A stretch of 64,000 nt of DNA, taken from assembly GCA_951406725.2 (NCBI GenBank), contig OX597823.1, positions 6,076,001-6,140,000 of the forward strand, given 5' to 3'. Both the position numbers and the translations under genes were made by a program. The notes under the pieces are model-generated. The model did not search any database and was not told the DNA's origin. It saw only the letters and a list, made by a program, of their open reading frames with translations. Source of the stretch: Octopus vulgaris. Lineage: Eukaryota. Positions 13,441 to 27,411 of the stretch are shown here, in pieces. Each line of letters begins with the position of its first letter. Within the stretch, counting starts at the first letter, position 1.

Positions 13441-13669
13441 GTATGATTAGGAGCATATAATATCAAGTTATTAGGGCCAATAAGAAATAAGTTTTAGTAG
13501 GGAGCTTAAGGAGCCAAAGTAAGGACCAGTGGCTATCTACTCTCTTAAAAAACAAAATGCCACAGTCTGTTTCTACGACCCATTTTAGCTGAATTTAGAG
13601 AGGAGCCCTTCTACCTCAGGCACAAACATGCTCTTGTGTTCTCCTACAAAATTTATTTTATTTTTTCTC

Positions 13670-13855
13670 TTTTCCTACTCTAGGCCGGAAATTTTTGGGG
13701 AGAGGGCCAGATGATTAGCTCGACCCCAGTATGCAACTGGTACTTAATTTATTGACCCTGAAAGGACAAAAGGCAAAGTCGACCTCGGTGGAATTTGAAC
13801 TCAGAATGTAAAGACAGACGCCTGGCATGCTAATGTTTCTGTCAGCTCACTGCCT
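13670..13855 (-). mobile_element. SINE family C
   Basis: Reverse complement of the GAGTTCAAATTCCRCCGAGGTCGACTTTGCCTTT...AAGTACCAGTT consensus. Similar copies at ~9250, 19420, 22340, 46470, 53425, 56045 and 63758. Confidence 0.8.
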
Positions 13856-13899
13856 TTACAAAATTTCTTTTAGCAGTAATGCATGCCACAGAAATGACT

Positions 13900-14517
13900 T
13901 TAAACTTTTTGTTTCCATATTTCTGTTGAATCGCACTGCATCCTAGTTTCAATCAATTTTGAAAGTAATGAAGAATTTAATAAAATAACTGTCATTATTA
14001 TGCTGGTGTTTGGGACCTCTTTTATCTTTTACTCGTTTCAGTCATTATACTGTGGCCATGCTGGGGCACCACCCTAAAGAATTTCAGTCAAAAGAATCAA
14101 CGCCAGGAGTTGTTATTTTATTTGAGCTTGGTACTTATTCTATTGGTCTCTTTTGCCAAACTGCTAAGTTACAGGGACATAAAAATACTGATGCCAGTTG
14201 TCAAATGGTGGCAGGAAACAAACACAAACACACACACTCAGGTATATGTGTACACACACACACAATGGACTTCTTTCAGTTTCCATCTTCCAAATCTACT
14301 CACAACACTTTGGTCAGCCTGAGGCTATAGTAGAAGACACTTGCCCAACGTGCCATGCAATGGGACTGAACCTAGAACCATGTGGTTGGGAAGCAAACTT
14401 CTTACCACACAGTCACATGAAATTTTGATGGAAAGTTTAAATTTAGGTCACTTTAAAACAGGAACTTTGTGTCATAGAACCAGGAGCGGTCTCAGGCATT
14501 TTGGTGTCAAAAGGGCT
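13900..14517 (+). mobile_element. Decayed piggyBac-like MITE with nested family B SINE (14018-14415, minus)
   Basis: Internal similarity to 8920-9141, ending TGTCAAAAGGG|CTAA. Confidence 0.6.
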
Positions 14518-14968
14518 AAAAAAACACGCCATTAGTCAGACAGCAAGCAAACTCCCTTACCAAATTTTCCCAAAATTAGTCACCAAAAACCAGACAGAGA
14601 ATATAAATGTAAAACCATGAATATACAATAAGCCATGATCATCCACTTCCTTTCAGATATCAAAAAAAAAGCAAAAAAAGAAAGCAAAAGAAAATTCCAA
14701 AATGCAAAAGTTTCTGGACCTGACAAAGCTACAAATTTACTTTTAAAACAAGACTTGGTAGAATTATTGCATTTAGCTACATTTTAAAAAGTAGAATGGC
14801 TTAGTGGTTAAGAAGTTTGTTTTGCAACCATATGGGTTTGAGTCCAGTCCCTTAGTGTGCCACTTTGAGCAAGTGTCTTCTAGTATATAGCCTGAAGCAG
14901 ACCAATGCCTTATGAGTGGGTTTGGTAGATGGAAGCTGTGCAAAAGCTTGTCATGTGAATGTGTGTGT

Positions 14969-15006
<38 letters not shown>

Positions 15007-15009
<3 letters not shown>

Positions 15010-15288
15010 GAGGCGCAATGGCCTAGTGGTTAGGGCAGCGGACTCGCGGTCGCAGTTTCGATTCCCAGACCGGGCGTTGTGAGTGTTTATTGAGCGAAAA
15101 CACCTAAAAAGCTCCACGAGGCTCTGGTAGGGGGTGGTGATCCCTGCTGTACTCTTTCACCACTCTTTCTTCCACTCTTTCTTCTGTTGGCCTGCTCGCT
15201 TAGCCATTCGAAGGCTAAAACAATGCGAACGCATTGTGACCAGCAATGTGTAACAACATCTGATGGTCTGGTCGGTCACGTGATCACA

Positions 15289-15292
<4 letters not shown>
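15007..15292 (+). mobile_element. tRNA(Arg-like)-headed SINE inserted in (TA)n
   Basis: GGAGGCGCAATGGCCTAGTGGTTAGGGCAGCGGACTCGCGG...GTTTCGATTCCCAG head and GGTCACGTGAT tail, with (TA)n on both sides. Confidence 0.85.
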
Positions 15293-15323
<31 letters not shown>

Positions 15324-17870
15324 TAGATAGATGTAGATAGATAGATAGATATTTAGATATATAGATAAATAGATAGATAGATAAAATATACGTGTGTGTG
15401 TGTGCATGTGTGTGTGTCAATGTGTGTGTGTTTGGTTTCCCACCACTGCTTGACAACCATTGCCAGTTTGACAAAAGAGATCAACAGAATGACTGAAACA
15501 AGTAAAAGACAAAAAATAAACATAAAAAAAGAAATGATATTGACAAAAATCCTCTGAAGATTAGATTTTCTACAGCCGGATGCTCTTCCTGTTTCCAAGT
15601 AAAATAATATTTGCCCTTGGCCAGACATGTTTTTCATGGAAGAGTGAAAGTGAATGATATTGCTTGACTTACAGTGATACTTGTTTGAAAGCTTTCACAT
15701 AATGTCCAGACAAGAACACACACAGACTCACACGCATGTGTGTGTGAATAGACCAGGGAACAAACCATGTACCCAGAGCCAGCAGATTGCTTGGAGACAC
15801 AAGGTGTGTTTTAAAAGCCTGCCTGGTTGCATGTCACCAAAGCCAGAAAATATTGGTAGCTCATAGCTTTATGCTGTGTATATTAAATGATATTTATTTC
15901 TCATTAGAGGGAATATCTTTGTTGACCTTACACCAATAGAATAGTAAACTATACGTGTATCAAATGGATGTCTTTTAAAACTATTCCGCACATACAATAA
16001 GAGCCATACCAGTAATCCAACATACCCCCATCATTAGCTGCCCCAAGGATATCATTATGGTTTCGACACCTGGGCAGTACCATTCAATCCGGCAGTGTCA
16101 ACGGCACTAAAATAAGTGTTTTTTGGGGAAACAAACATACCTTAGACATCACCACATTCATTCAATCTTAATTCTAGGAAGGATTAAACACTAAGATTAT
16201 TAATTAAACTGCAACAAGGAAACCACATCTACCCTAAGTACAAAAACAGTATCGGTAAATGAATTCAATAAATAAACCCATAACTAACTCCTAAATTATC
16301 TAACTAAACCCTTGAAGTTCATGCAGATAATATTCCCACCAGTCTTCCATAGTTATTGATATAAAAGTGAAAGCTTTTATATTCTATTCTTTCCAGAAGA
16401 AAAATAAACTCGATTGAACTTTAATAACATAACTAATTCTGAGTGAATTACATTATTTCATAACCCAAAAGTTTAATAAATTAAACACTCCATACACATT
16501 AAATGTTAGTTACACTTGAGATGGTTTGATCTGGTTGTCTGCAAAAAAGTCTAAGCTAAGAGCATTAGACCCCTTTGTAAGAAAGCTAGTGAATGTGTAC
16601 GGCAACAAAGACAAAAAAACAAACAAGCAAAAAAAACAGAACATGGTACAGAATTACGAATACAAACAAGAAATAACAACAGGTGTCTTTCGACTTAGAA
16701 TGATTCAAATTGAGCTGGCACATACCAGCTCAATGGAGAGAAAGCCTAAAGGCAAGAATATGGGAGATGGACACAAGATGTGTTGACGGTCGGCAGTCAG
16801 GGCAAGAAAGAAAGATCATGGCTGGACAGACACCAGTCACGTGGAAAGAGGAGAAATGAGTAGGGGACAGTAAGATTGAAGGATTAGAAAAAAATGAGAC
16901 AATGAGCTCCTTTTGTTTTCTGACTTCCAGATCCACCCACAAGGCTTTGGTCATCCTAGGGCAATAATAGACAACACTTGCCCAAGGTACCATGCAGTAA
17001 GACTGAACCCAAAAGCAGGTGGTTGCAAAGCTAACTTCTTAACCGCACAGCATTCCTATTCAGAATCCTTGTTCTGTTCACTTCTGGTTGGCATCAACAG
17101 CCAGCCAAGAAAACCTCTGCCTGCACGGTTCTAATTACTAATGACATCGGCAATGTTTTACCCTCCATTTCCTTCTACCTGCTTACAAGCAAGCACATTC
17201 GACACCATCCCCTTAAAACCATCCCAAGATCTATGTAATGGTGAACAATAACTATGGTTGCTTCCCGAATAACAACACATTTAGAATCTACCATTTGTCG
17301 AATTATTCACTGCAAACCCATAGTTCTCTCCACCCACTCATTTCTTTTTTAATTACCACTAACTCAATCCTCTCCTATGCCAACAAAACCTGCATCTAGT
17401 CTTATAAGTTGATGATGTAACCACTGTGGTCCCCCTCCTATCATTCTCCTCTCTCACCCACCCATTTTATATTTATACCGACTCACTTTCTTCACACATC
17501 TTCAAAATACCCTCATAGTCTTATTTATTTATAAGTGGATGACATCACAGTTATCTCCTCCTATAACCCCATCCTTCTTCAGTCGGTTACACACTTCCTT
17601 CAGCTGTGTATCAACCACCTAGAAAAACCTCTCTCTCTCTCTCTCTCTCTAAACAATGAGACTAAAAATAGCACCTGCCAAATCTGTTGACTCCCTTCTT
17701 ATCAAAAATAACAACAGCATTTGAAATACCACTATCCTACAGAATGTAAACATATTTCATGAAACAAAAACCAGGGCACGAGAAATGACTTAAACAGCTT
17801 TGATACATTCAGTGTGCGCATGTGTGTGTGAGAGAGAGAGAACATACACATATGTGTGTGTGTGTGTGTG

Positions 17871-17951
<81 letters not shown>

Positions 17952-17954
<3 letters not shown>

Positions 17955-18256
17955 GAGGCGCGCGATGGCCCAGTGGTTAGGGAAGCGGACTCGCGGTCGT
18001 AGGATCGCGGTTTCGATTCCCAGACCGGGCGTTGTGAGTGTTTATTGAGCGAAAACACCTAAAGCTCCACGAGACTTCGGCAGGGTGGGGGTCGGGGGCG
18101 ATCCTTGCTGTACTCTTTCGCCACAACTTTCACTCTTTCTTCTGTTGGCTGCTCGCTTAGCCAATGGGGTGGCATCATTTGAAGGCTAAAACAATGTGCA
18201 TTGTGATCAGTGATGTGTAGCAACATCTGATAGCCTGGTCAGTCACGGTGATCACG

Positions 18257-18260
<4 letters not shown>
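17952..18260 (+). mobile_element. Second copy of the tRNA(Arg-like)-headed SINE
   Basis: Colinear with 15007-15292 and inserted in (TA)n. An older copy lies at 26473-26741. Confidence 0.85.
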
Positions 18261-18292
<32 letters not shown>

Positions 18293-18479
18293 CAGATGAA
18301 TGAGAGTGAGTGTATGTGTGTTAGTTCAGTGTGTATTTGCATGGGTTGCACAGTGTTTATTGAGGCAAATTTCCTACAGGTGGATGCTTTTCCTGTTGCC
18401 AACCTTCACCTATTTCCCAGCAGAGCAATATTCACCCATGGCTGGACATGTCCTCCCAGGGGACTGGAAATGAATAACA

Positions 18480-18832
18480 TTCATCATCTGCTTTCCATGC
18501 TGGCATGGGTTGGAAAGTCTGACTGAGGACTGGCAAGCCAGAAGGCTGCACCAGGCTCCAATCTGATCCTTCCTAATGCCAACCACTCCGAGAGTGTAGT
18601 GAGTGCTTTTTATGTGCCACCAGTACATCAACCACACTGGCATCAACCACATTTGGTACTGGTATCGTCCACCGACACAGGAGCCAGTTCAGTGGGACTG
18701 GCATCGACCCCGCTCGAATGGTGGCACAGATGCCAGTCAGGCAGTACTGGCATTGGCCACTGTATAAAAGTGACACTCATTTACAATTATTACAGGATGT
18801 CAAGAGAAGGAGACACAAACATGCATATGCAC

Positions 18833-18881
<49 letters not shown>

Positions 18882-19118
18882 TATCATCATCATCATCGTT
18901 TAACGTCCGTTTTCCATGCTAGCATGGGTTGGATGGTTTGACCGGGGTCTGGGAAGCCAGGAGGCTGCACCAGGCTCCAATCTGACCTGGCAATGTTTCT
19001 ACAGCTGGATGCCCTTCCTAATTCCAACCACTCCGTGAGTTTAGTGGGTGCTTTTTACGTACCACCAGCACAGGTATCACAACTACAATTTCCATTTGAT
19101 ATTTATTTTGATGTTGAT
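18480..19118 (-). mobile_element. Two family A copies
   Basis: Cores at 18480-18740 and 18885-19118. Confidence 0.8.
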
Positions 19119-20459
19119 ATATATATATATATATACACACATACACACATACATATAGACATGCACATGGAGTCTTTCTTTCTAAATATACTAGAACTAA
19201 CTGAAAGTAGTGAGAGAAAACAAAAGCAATCTGCCACGTCGGAGGAAATGCATTATTTCTGATAAACAACAGTATGTTGGAATGTGCCGTGTGGTTTTTA
19301 ATGAGACAGAAGAACTGTGTTATAAACGAAGTACTCTACGTGTGTACTTCAACTAACATCTCCATGTATAATGAGTTTATTCAATCAAGGTTGATGGGGA
19401 CAACAAGTGAACAAAATAATTCTTTTCTACTCTAGGCACAAGGCCTGAAATTTTTTGAGGAGGAGGTCAGTCGATTAGATAGACCCCAGTATGCAACTGG
19501 TACTTAATTTATCAACCCTGAAGGGATGAAAGGCAAAGTCGACCTCAGCGGAATTTTAACTCAGAATATAAAGACAGATGAAATGCCGCTAAGGATTTCG
19601 CCAGGTGTGCTAACGTTTCTGCCAGCTCACCACCTTAAGTGAACAAAATAATTATTAGTTCTATAGACCCTCACATGGTTCAGCAATTAATTATACCCCT
19701 TCAGTCAACTGTCCCATATCTTATTGACATGAATCATCCTCAGCAAGATTGAGAGACCTTCTTAGCCCTAAGGGTGTCTCACAACTGTGTAAGGGCCCAT
19801 GGGATATGCATCTGTATTGAGAAAAATAAAAATTTCTAATCTTATAAATCACAGATATGTGTATGGCCACACTTAAAGCACTAAAATGTTACACTGTACT
19901 AATCAACCAAATTATAATTACAATGCTTTAAATGCCTCCATGTGCTAGTCATACTAATTTATAGTAAATTACTCTTTTGCTCTTGAGGCATAAAGCATTA
20001 TTTTTAACTAAGTTTTAAAGTATTATTTTATCAGCAGGCAAATGTGAATGTGGATGGAATTTTGCCTGGGGGTTCTCCACTGTTTAATTTACCCTCTCTA
20101 AATGAACAGAGGTTGATAGAAATGGGTGTCTTGGGCATATAGATACAATAAGAAATCAAACCTGGGGGGGGGGGGTCATTTATTCAATTCTCTGAGACCC
20201 TTATATCTACTAATCTGCAGGGTTTGTATTTTCTTTATTAGCGTAATTAATAAAAATTAGAAATTAACCACAGCATTATGTTCATTACATTAATCAGTTA
20301 ATCAGCTGATCTAATTCTCATTTATTTCTTCATGTTTCTTGAAATAAATAATTAATTTAATGTTTTCTCAATTACTTAAGTAGACTTAAGATTTCTGATT
20401 ACAAGAATTTGACTCAGCAACGTTCACTACTTTAAAAAAATCCAAATAAATAAAAACAA

Positions 20460-21099
20460 CCCTTTTTTGATACCAGCCAGTTTGAGACCACCCCTGGTTC
20501 CATGATAGGAACTTCTCATTTTAAAGTGATTTAAATTAGAACCTTTCATCAAAATTTCATGTTCATCAATGTTTCAAATATCAGCTTATTAAATACTCTT
20601 TTACTCTTTTACTTGTTTCAGTCATTTGACTGCGGCCATGCTGGAGCACCACCTTTAGTCGAGCAAATCGACCCCGGGACTTATTCTTTGTAAGCCCAGT
20701 ACTTATTCTATCGGTCTCTTTTGCTGAACCGCTAAGTGACGGGGACGTAAACACACCAGCATCGGTTGTCAAGCAATGCTAGGGGGACAAACACAGACAC
20801 ACAAACATATACACACATACATATAAACATATATATACATATATACGACAGGCTTCTTTCAGTTTCCGTCTACCAAATCCACTCACAAGGCATTGGTCGG
20901 CCCGAGGCTATAGCAGAAGACACTTGCCCATGATGCCACGCAGTGAGACTGAACCCGGAACCATGTGGTTGATTAGCAAGCTACTTACCACACAGCCACT
21001 CCTGCACCTATGACAAATTTACTTGGATAAATTTTTCATTATTTTAAAAACTGAGACAAATGAAGTGTATTTTAACAGAAAACTATGAAAACAAAAGGG
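20460..21099 (-). mobile_element. piggyBac-like MITE with nested young family B SINE (20595-21005, minus)
   Basis: CCCTTTTTTGATAC ... AACAAAAGGG|TTAA. The SINE copy retains CpGs and is nearly identical to 45577-45898. Confidence 0.65.
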
Positions 21100-22626
21100 T
21101 TAAACTGGCATTTATAGTCGATGGTAAGGCCATGCAAGATTAATATCAAACAGGAAGCTATAAGAGGCTGAGTCTTGTAACAAAGAAAGCAGGTTGTGTT
21201 TGGAAACTCAGAGAATTCTTAACTCTTCTTGAAACCTACAGAGATAGTAGAACTGACTAATTAAAGATTTTTAATTCAAGCATTGGTTCATTTCAATTAA
21301 GGTGAAATCTTTTATCATTAACTTGTTTTAGTCATTAAACTGTGGCCATGCTGGGGCATGGTCTTGAAGAGTTTAGTCAAATAAATGGAACTCAGTATCT
21401 GTTTTCTAAAATCTGATATTTAATTAGTCTCTTTTCACCAAACCACTGACATATGGAGATGTAAACCAACTAACGCTAGTTACCGAGTAGTGGATGGGTG
21501 GGGGTAGGGAAAACACACACACACATGATGGGCTTCTTTCAGTTTCCATTTACCAAACCACTCACAAGGCTTTGGTTGGCCTGAGTCTATAGGAGAAGAC
21601 ACTTGCCCAAGGTGCCACACAGTGGAACTGAATTTGGATCCATGTGATTGTGGAGCAAATTTCTTAACAAATATGAAGTTTTTTTTGTTTGTTTTTTTAA
21701 TGAATGAATTAATAACTTATTACATTTAAGGTTTTTTTAATTAAACAAAAGAAATAAATAAAATCAAGCTCTGTTTTAAAAGATACTTCAACCATAATTA
21801 ACAAAATGAACTTCTCATTTGGATAAATTATATCTCTTCTTCTCAGTTAGATAATTGGAATTGATAAAATGCAGATAGAAATATTCTCCATCATCAATAT
21901 CATCATTACCATTATCCTCTTTCTCCTCATCATCATCGTTTTATTGTTCAATTTTCCAAGGGTAAGACAAAAATCCATCAAGGACAGATTTATTTTCTGA
22001 CTGGATGCTCTTCCTGTCACCACTCACCTCTCTTTGTCTCCAAAACAGGCAAATATTTCCCTTGGTCCCTTTAAACGCAAACACATCTATGACTGGATAT
22101 GTCTTCTCAGAAGATTGCAAACAATTGGCATCTGCTCACACAGCAACGAGACACACAGACACATATGATAGGATTCTTTCTTTTAAAATGTCATTTTTTA
22201 CAGTGTGGGTATACTGCCGCCACCACCACCACCACCACCACCGCCACCACCACCACCACCACCACCACCACCGCCACCACCACCACCACCACCACCACGA
22301 CCACCAATAATAATAATAATTATAATGACAATATTAATAATGGTTTCAAATTTTGCCACAAGGGCAGTGATTTGAGGGGGAGCGGATAAGTTGGTTACAT
22401 CAACCCCAGTATTCAACTGGTATTTATTTTATCGACTCCAAAAGGGTGAAAAGCAAAGTCAACCTCAGCAGAAATTGAACCCAGAACGGAACAACGGATG
22501 AAATACTGCTAATGATTTTGCCGAACGTGCTAACGATTCTGCCAGCTTGCCACCTTACTACTACTACTATAACTACTACTAATAATAGTAATCCTTTCTA
22601 CTAAAGGCAAAGGCCTGAAATTTGGA

Positions 22627-23270
22627 CAGAAAGAGTACAAGCATAGACACAACAAGGTAGCCCCAAAACCTCCACTGGCTACTATGCTGTAAGTATGGAT
22701 ATGAGATTACAGGTGCTTGGTACAGACATACACCAGAAAAGGTAATGGATGAAAAGGAGAAGGCAAAAATCCTCTGGAACTTCGATTTCCATACAGACAA
22801 AGTGTTAGAGCACCGAAGGCCAGATATAGTAACCTTTAGGAGGGACAAACAAGAGTGCCTAATAACTGATGTGGCAGTTCCAGGAGATCGACATATCATC
22901 ATGAAAGAAAGAGAAGAGGTTGATAAATATAGAGACCTGAGAATTGAGATCGCTAAGATGTGGCAGCTATGAGAGTTGAGCATAGAGGTTATCCCTATTG
23001 TCATCAAAGCACTGGGTTCAATACCACCCGACCTGAAAAAAAAAGACATCTGAAAACCTTAGAGATACCCTACAATCTAGATGTATTCCAAAAGTCGGCA
23101 TTACTTGGAACACATATATTGCGTAAAGGATTGTCCATCTGAGGTCCTTGTTGTGACTTGACAAACAGTACTAACCCCTGCTAGACACAATATCTTCAAT
23201 CAATAACATCACAATATTGTATACTGTGCAATGTCTATAATAATAATAATAATAATAATAATGATAATAA
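22627..23270 (+). pseudogene. 5'-truncated R4/Dong-type non-LTR retrotransposon: restriction-like endonuclease region, 3' UTR and (TAA)n tail
   Basis: YKHRHNKVA/NLHWLLC..WYRHTPEKV..KILWNF..HRRPDIV..CLITDVAVPGD..DKYRDL..PIVIKALG..QKSALLGTHILRK contains the RHN, RPD, D and KY motifs. One stop and two frameshifts. Confidence 0.9.
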
Positions 23271-23918
23271 CAACAATTTCTGATTTAGGTACAAGGACAT
23301 CAACTTTAAGGAGAGGTGGTTACTTTTATATGATCAACTCCAATACTTTCTCTCAACACCATCATCATCACTCTTATCATCATCATCATCATCATCACTT
23401 ATCACTGTCATCATCAGCATAATGTTAAAAAATTCATAGACAATGATGAAGCGTTTCTTCCAGACTAGAAGGCAGCTGTCTTGTGACGTATTTTAAATTT
23501 CGCTTTTTTTTTCCATTTTTTTTTTATTTACCTAAACTTCAAGACATGAAATTTTGCTGTCGATCCGTTTCCACAGCCTTTTCATTTCCATCAGCAACAC
23601 CCATGACAATTTCCCTCCAATGTTATTAATGGTGCATGGAGGCTCTGTTTATGTTGCAGAAATGGCTGGGAATGCTAAGAATTCCTTTCAAAACAAGGAT
23701 ATGCATGCCTACAAACGACTGTACATACATACATACTCAATCCTGAACTAAAACTTACACAGACACAACAGCAGGCACACAGATGCGTGTGCATGTATAT
23801 GTGTTTGCATGTGAGTATATGCGTGTATATACATGTGTAGGTGTGTGAGTGTGTGTGTGTACACACAGAGAAAAGTTGGAAATGTATAACACACTTCCTG
23901 AATTTCATTCAAAAATAA

Positions 23919-23987
23919 TGTCAAAGCCGTAACTTGAGTTAACTTTACTAAATATTATATACACAGCTATGCATAACACACACATTC

Positions 23988-24040
<53 letters not shown>

Positions 24041-24468
24041 TCTTTCCTAAGTCATATACACTTGTAGAGCTGTTTTCCTGGTTTCTGTGGTGTATATAAT
24101 ATGTGCAATGGGCAGGACGTCAGTCTATCAGTAGGAATGTTCATTTTTGCCCGCTGAGTGGAGTGAAGCAACATGAAATGAAGTGTCTTGCTCAAGAACA
24201 CAATGCACTGCCAAGTCCAAGAATCAAAACCACAATTATACAATCATGAGTGCAACCACAAAGCCACATACATACATACATACATACATACATACATACA
24301 TACATCACATCATACATACATACATACATACATACATACATACATACATACATACATACATACATACATACATACATACATACATACATCATACATCATA
24401 CATACATACATACATATATACATACATACATACATACATCATACATACATACATACATACATACATAC

Positions 24469-24499
<31 letters not shown>

Positions 24500-24548
24500 C
24501 TGTCAAAGCTGTAACTTGAGTTAACTTTACTAAATATTATATACACAG

Positions 24549-24614
<66 letters not shown>

Positions 24615-24843
24615 TCTTTCCTAAGTCATATACACTTGTAGAGCTGTTTTCCTGGTTTCTGTGGTGTATATAATATGTGCAATGGGCAGGACGTCAGTCT
24701 ATCAGTAGGAATGTTCATTTTTGCCCGCTGAGTGGAGTGAAGCAACATGAAATGAAGTGTCTTGCTCAAGAACACAATGCACTGCCAAGTCCAAGAATCA
24801 AAACCACAATTATACAATCATGAGTGCAACCACAAAGCCACAT
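23919..24843. repeat. Near-identical local direct duplication separated by (CATA)n
   Basis: 24036-24269 equals 24610-24843 (ORFs 24052..24243 and 24626..24817 give the same peptide). 23919-23969 matches 24501-24550. Confidence 0.9.
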
Positions 24844-24848
24844 GCCGG

Positions 24849-24890
<42 letters not shown>

Positions 24891-24893
<3 letters not shown>

Positions 24894-25230
24894 CGTGGCT
24901 TTGTGGTATGAAGCTTGCTTCTTAACCACATGGCTCCAGGTTCAATTCCACTATATAGCAGCTTGCGCAAGTGTCTTCTACTATAGTCTCGGGCCAACCA
25001 AAGCCTTGCAAGTGGATTTGGTAGCTGGAAACTGAAAGAAGCCCATCATATATATATGTGTGTGTGTGTGTGTGTCTAAGCCTGTGGTTATCCCCCACCA
25101 CTGCTTGACAACCAGTGTTGGTGTGTTTACATCCCCAGAATTGGCAAAAGAGACCAATAGAATAAGTACTAGATTTTAAAAAAAAATAATCCTAGAGTCG
25201 GTTCGACTCAAATTCTTCTTGGCGGTGCCT
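24891..25230 (+). mobile_element. Family B SINE
   Basis: Matches the family B consensus and follows (TA)n. Confidence 0.8.
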
Positions 25231-25676
25231 TTTGTTGGCTGATCACAGAACCACATGTAATGTGAAACTCTGAGTAATGATTGAGTGAATCATCAGGTTT
25301 TCTGAAATAAATACTCTCTGTCATATGTACTGGAGAGTATCCTCTCACTCAGTTGTAATCTTAACCATGAATATATCTTCATCCTTACCCATAGACACAC
25401 ACACATACACACACATATATATATATATATACAGACACACACACACACACATAGATACACAGGCACACATCAGTCATGGATGCTACAGACATTAGTTGTG
25501 TATCATCTAATTGTACTGAAGACCCCCCACCACCACTTGACACTCAATCTGGGCCTTAACCCTGGATATTAAACTACGAGCAAACGAGAGACTATGTACC
25601 CAGACTTGTACAAGTGTATTTCAATATTATTATTATTATCAGGAACTATAAATAGACTGTGTGCATGTGTATGTGT

Positions 25677-25715
<39 letters not shown>

Positions 25716-26755
25716 TGTGTGTGTGTAAGTGTGTGTGTGTGTGTGTGTGTATGTGTGTGTGTGTGTGTGTGTATGTGTGTGCAGGATACATATTTAGGAA
25801 CACGAAGAATTATTTTAGTAAATATACTTTTACACGCTATTTTGGTCAGTATGCGTCTCTCACTGTTTGAATGGGTCCCATCCTCTTACACACACACACA
25901 CAAACACATAAAGTGCATTCTTCGATATGCATGCATATAGACACACACACACATACGCACATGCAAACACAACCACACACACAAATGTATTTGCAGGTTA
26001 CAGTGACAAACACACACACACACACACACAAACATCTACATACGCATGCACACATCCTCAACTATAATCACAAGACATAAAGGATTAATTCTTGAAGCAA
26101 TTTGAAGAGACTGGATACAGCACCGTTCCTCCTTCCGTCTCCCCCCCCCCCCCCCGCACCCCCTGTCAGTCAGGCATGGCCTTCAAAAGGACCTCTGTTA
26201 CTTTAAAGTGTCTACTTTAAATTGAAGGGGTGGAATATGTGATAAGACTCTCTCTTATGTTGATAATTCTCATTGGCAAGGCATACTCACCTTTCCTTCC
26301 CTTCTAATCAAAGGGGTCCCATCTGGATAGCAGTACGCGAAGAGAAGTCCTTTATTACTGTGTGTTAAGTTTTAACCCCTTCCCTTATTCTGACTGATAG
26401 AGAAGCTAAAACAAGTAATGATCTGTGAATCAGCCGGAGGGCCTGAGTCAGAGAAGGAGTCGTGTGCGTGTGAAGGTGCATGGCCTAGTGGTTAGGGTGC
26501 CGAACTCACAGTCACCAGATCATGGGTTCAATTCCCAGGATGGGTGACACATTGTGTTCTTGAGCAAAACACTGCATTTCACATTGCCCCTGTTCCCCCC
26601 CTTTCTATCAGGGGGGAATGTTAGCCTGCTTGCCTAGCCAGTGGGGTGGTGTCTTTCAAATACTAAAATGATGCAAAGCACATTGTGACCAGCGATGTGT
26701 AACAACACCTGATAATCTGGTTGGACATGTGAATATGTGATATATATATGTGTGT

Positions 26756-26800
<45 letters not shown>

Positions 26801-26804
<4 letters not shown>

Positions 26805-26997
26805 CAAGGGGACACTGAACAGTTCCTGGCTTTAAGGGTATCACAAAAGGCCTGGTTGGAGGCCCAAACTTTTGAGCTCTTTTACAGGGTTTAGAAAAAC
26901 TGAAGGACCGTTGCAATAAGTGTGTGAACCTGAGAGGAGAATATCTCGAATAAAATCATAATCAACTGACCCTCTTGTATTTTCTTTTACCCAAAAC
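26801..26997 (+). mobile_element. Mariner deletion derivative
   Basis: Encodes LLQGLEKLKDRCNKCVNLRGEYLE*, the mariner transposase C-terminal signature (G..KL..RW.KC....G.Y.E), just after a TIR-like start. Confidence 0.75.
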
Positions 26998-27323
26998 CAT
27001 TTTGTCCAGCATGCTAACAATTCTGCCAGCTCACCACCTTCACAATCATTTGTATAAATATTAAATTTATGTGTAACATAATATATATGTATGTATATTG
27101 ATTTACCTGCTGTATCAAAGGGAACTATATAACATTCCTGACGATCGGTCCGGCAACGAAAGACACCTCCTGCTTCCTGAATATTTTTCTGCGCTGTTTG
27201 AGCTTTTGGGGCACCAACTAATAACCTGCCAAGTAGAGAAGAAAAATTGAATATTTAGTATTTTATATTTCAATATATATATATATATATAATCAAAATA
27301 AACAACAAGGATATCCAAGGTAG

Positions 27324-27411
27324 TGTAGTACAATTGTTTCATGCTACTTTGTTTTATTAAACACTGTAAGTATTACATCAGTTTTAAAATGTCGAGCAAT
27401 CTTCAGCCACA
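27324..27411 (-). ncRNA. Minimal type I hammerhead ribozyme motif
   Basis: Minus strand: TGTGG CTGAAGA T TGCT-(long loop)-AGCA T GAAA CAATTG TA CTACA. Canonical core, palindromic stem III, GUA triplet. Confidence 0.7.

Noticed and set aside
17952-18030. tRNA gene-like sequences (also 15007, 28548, 13370)
   Set aside because: A/B boxes are present, but there is no good acceptor stem and each continues into a shared repeat body. They are SINE heads.
27133-27170. CTGACGA...GAAAG hammerhead-like string
   Set aside because: No convincing stem II, stem III or cleavage triplet.
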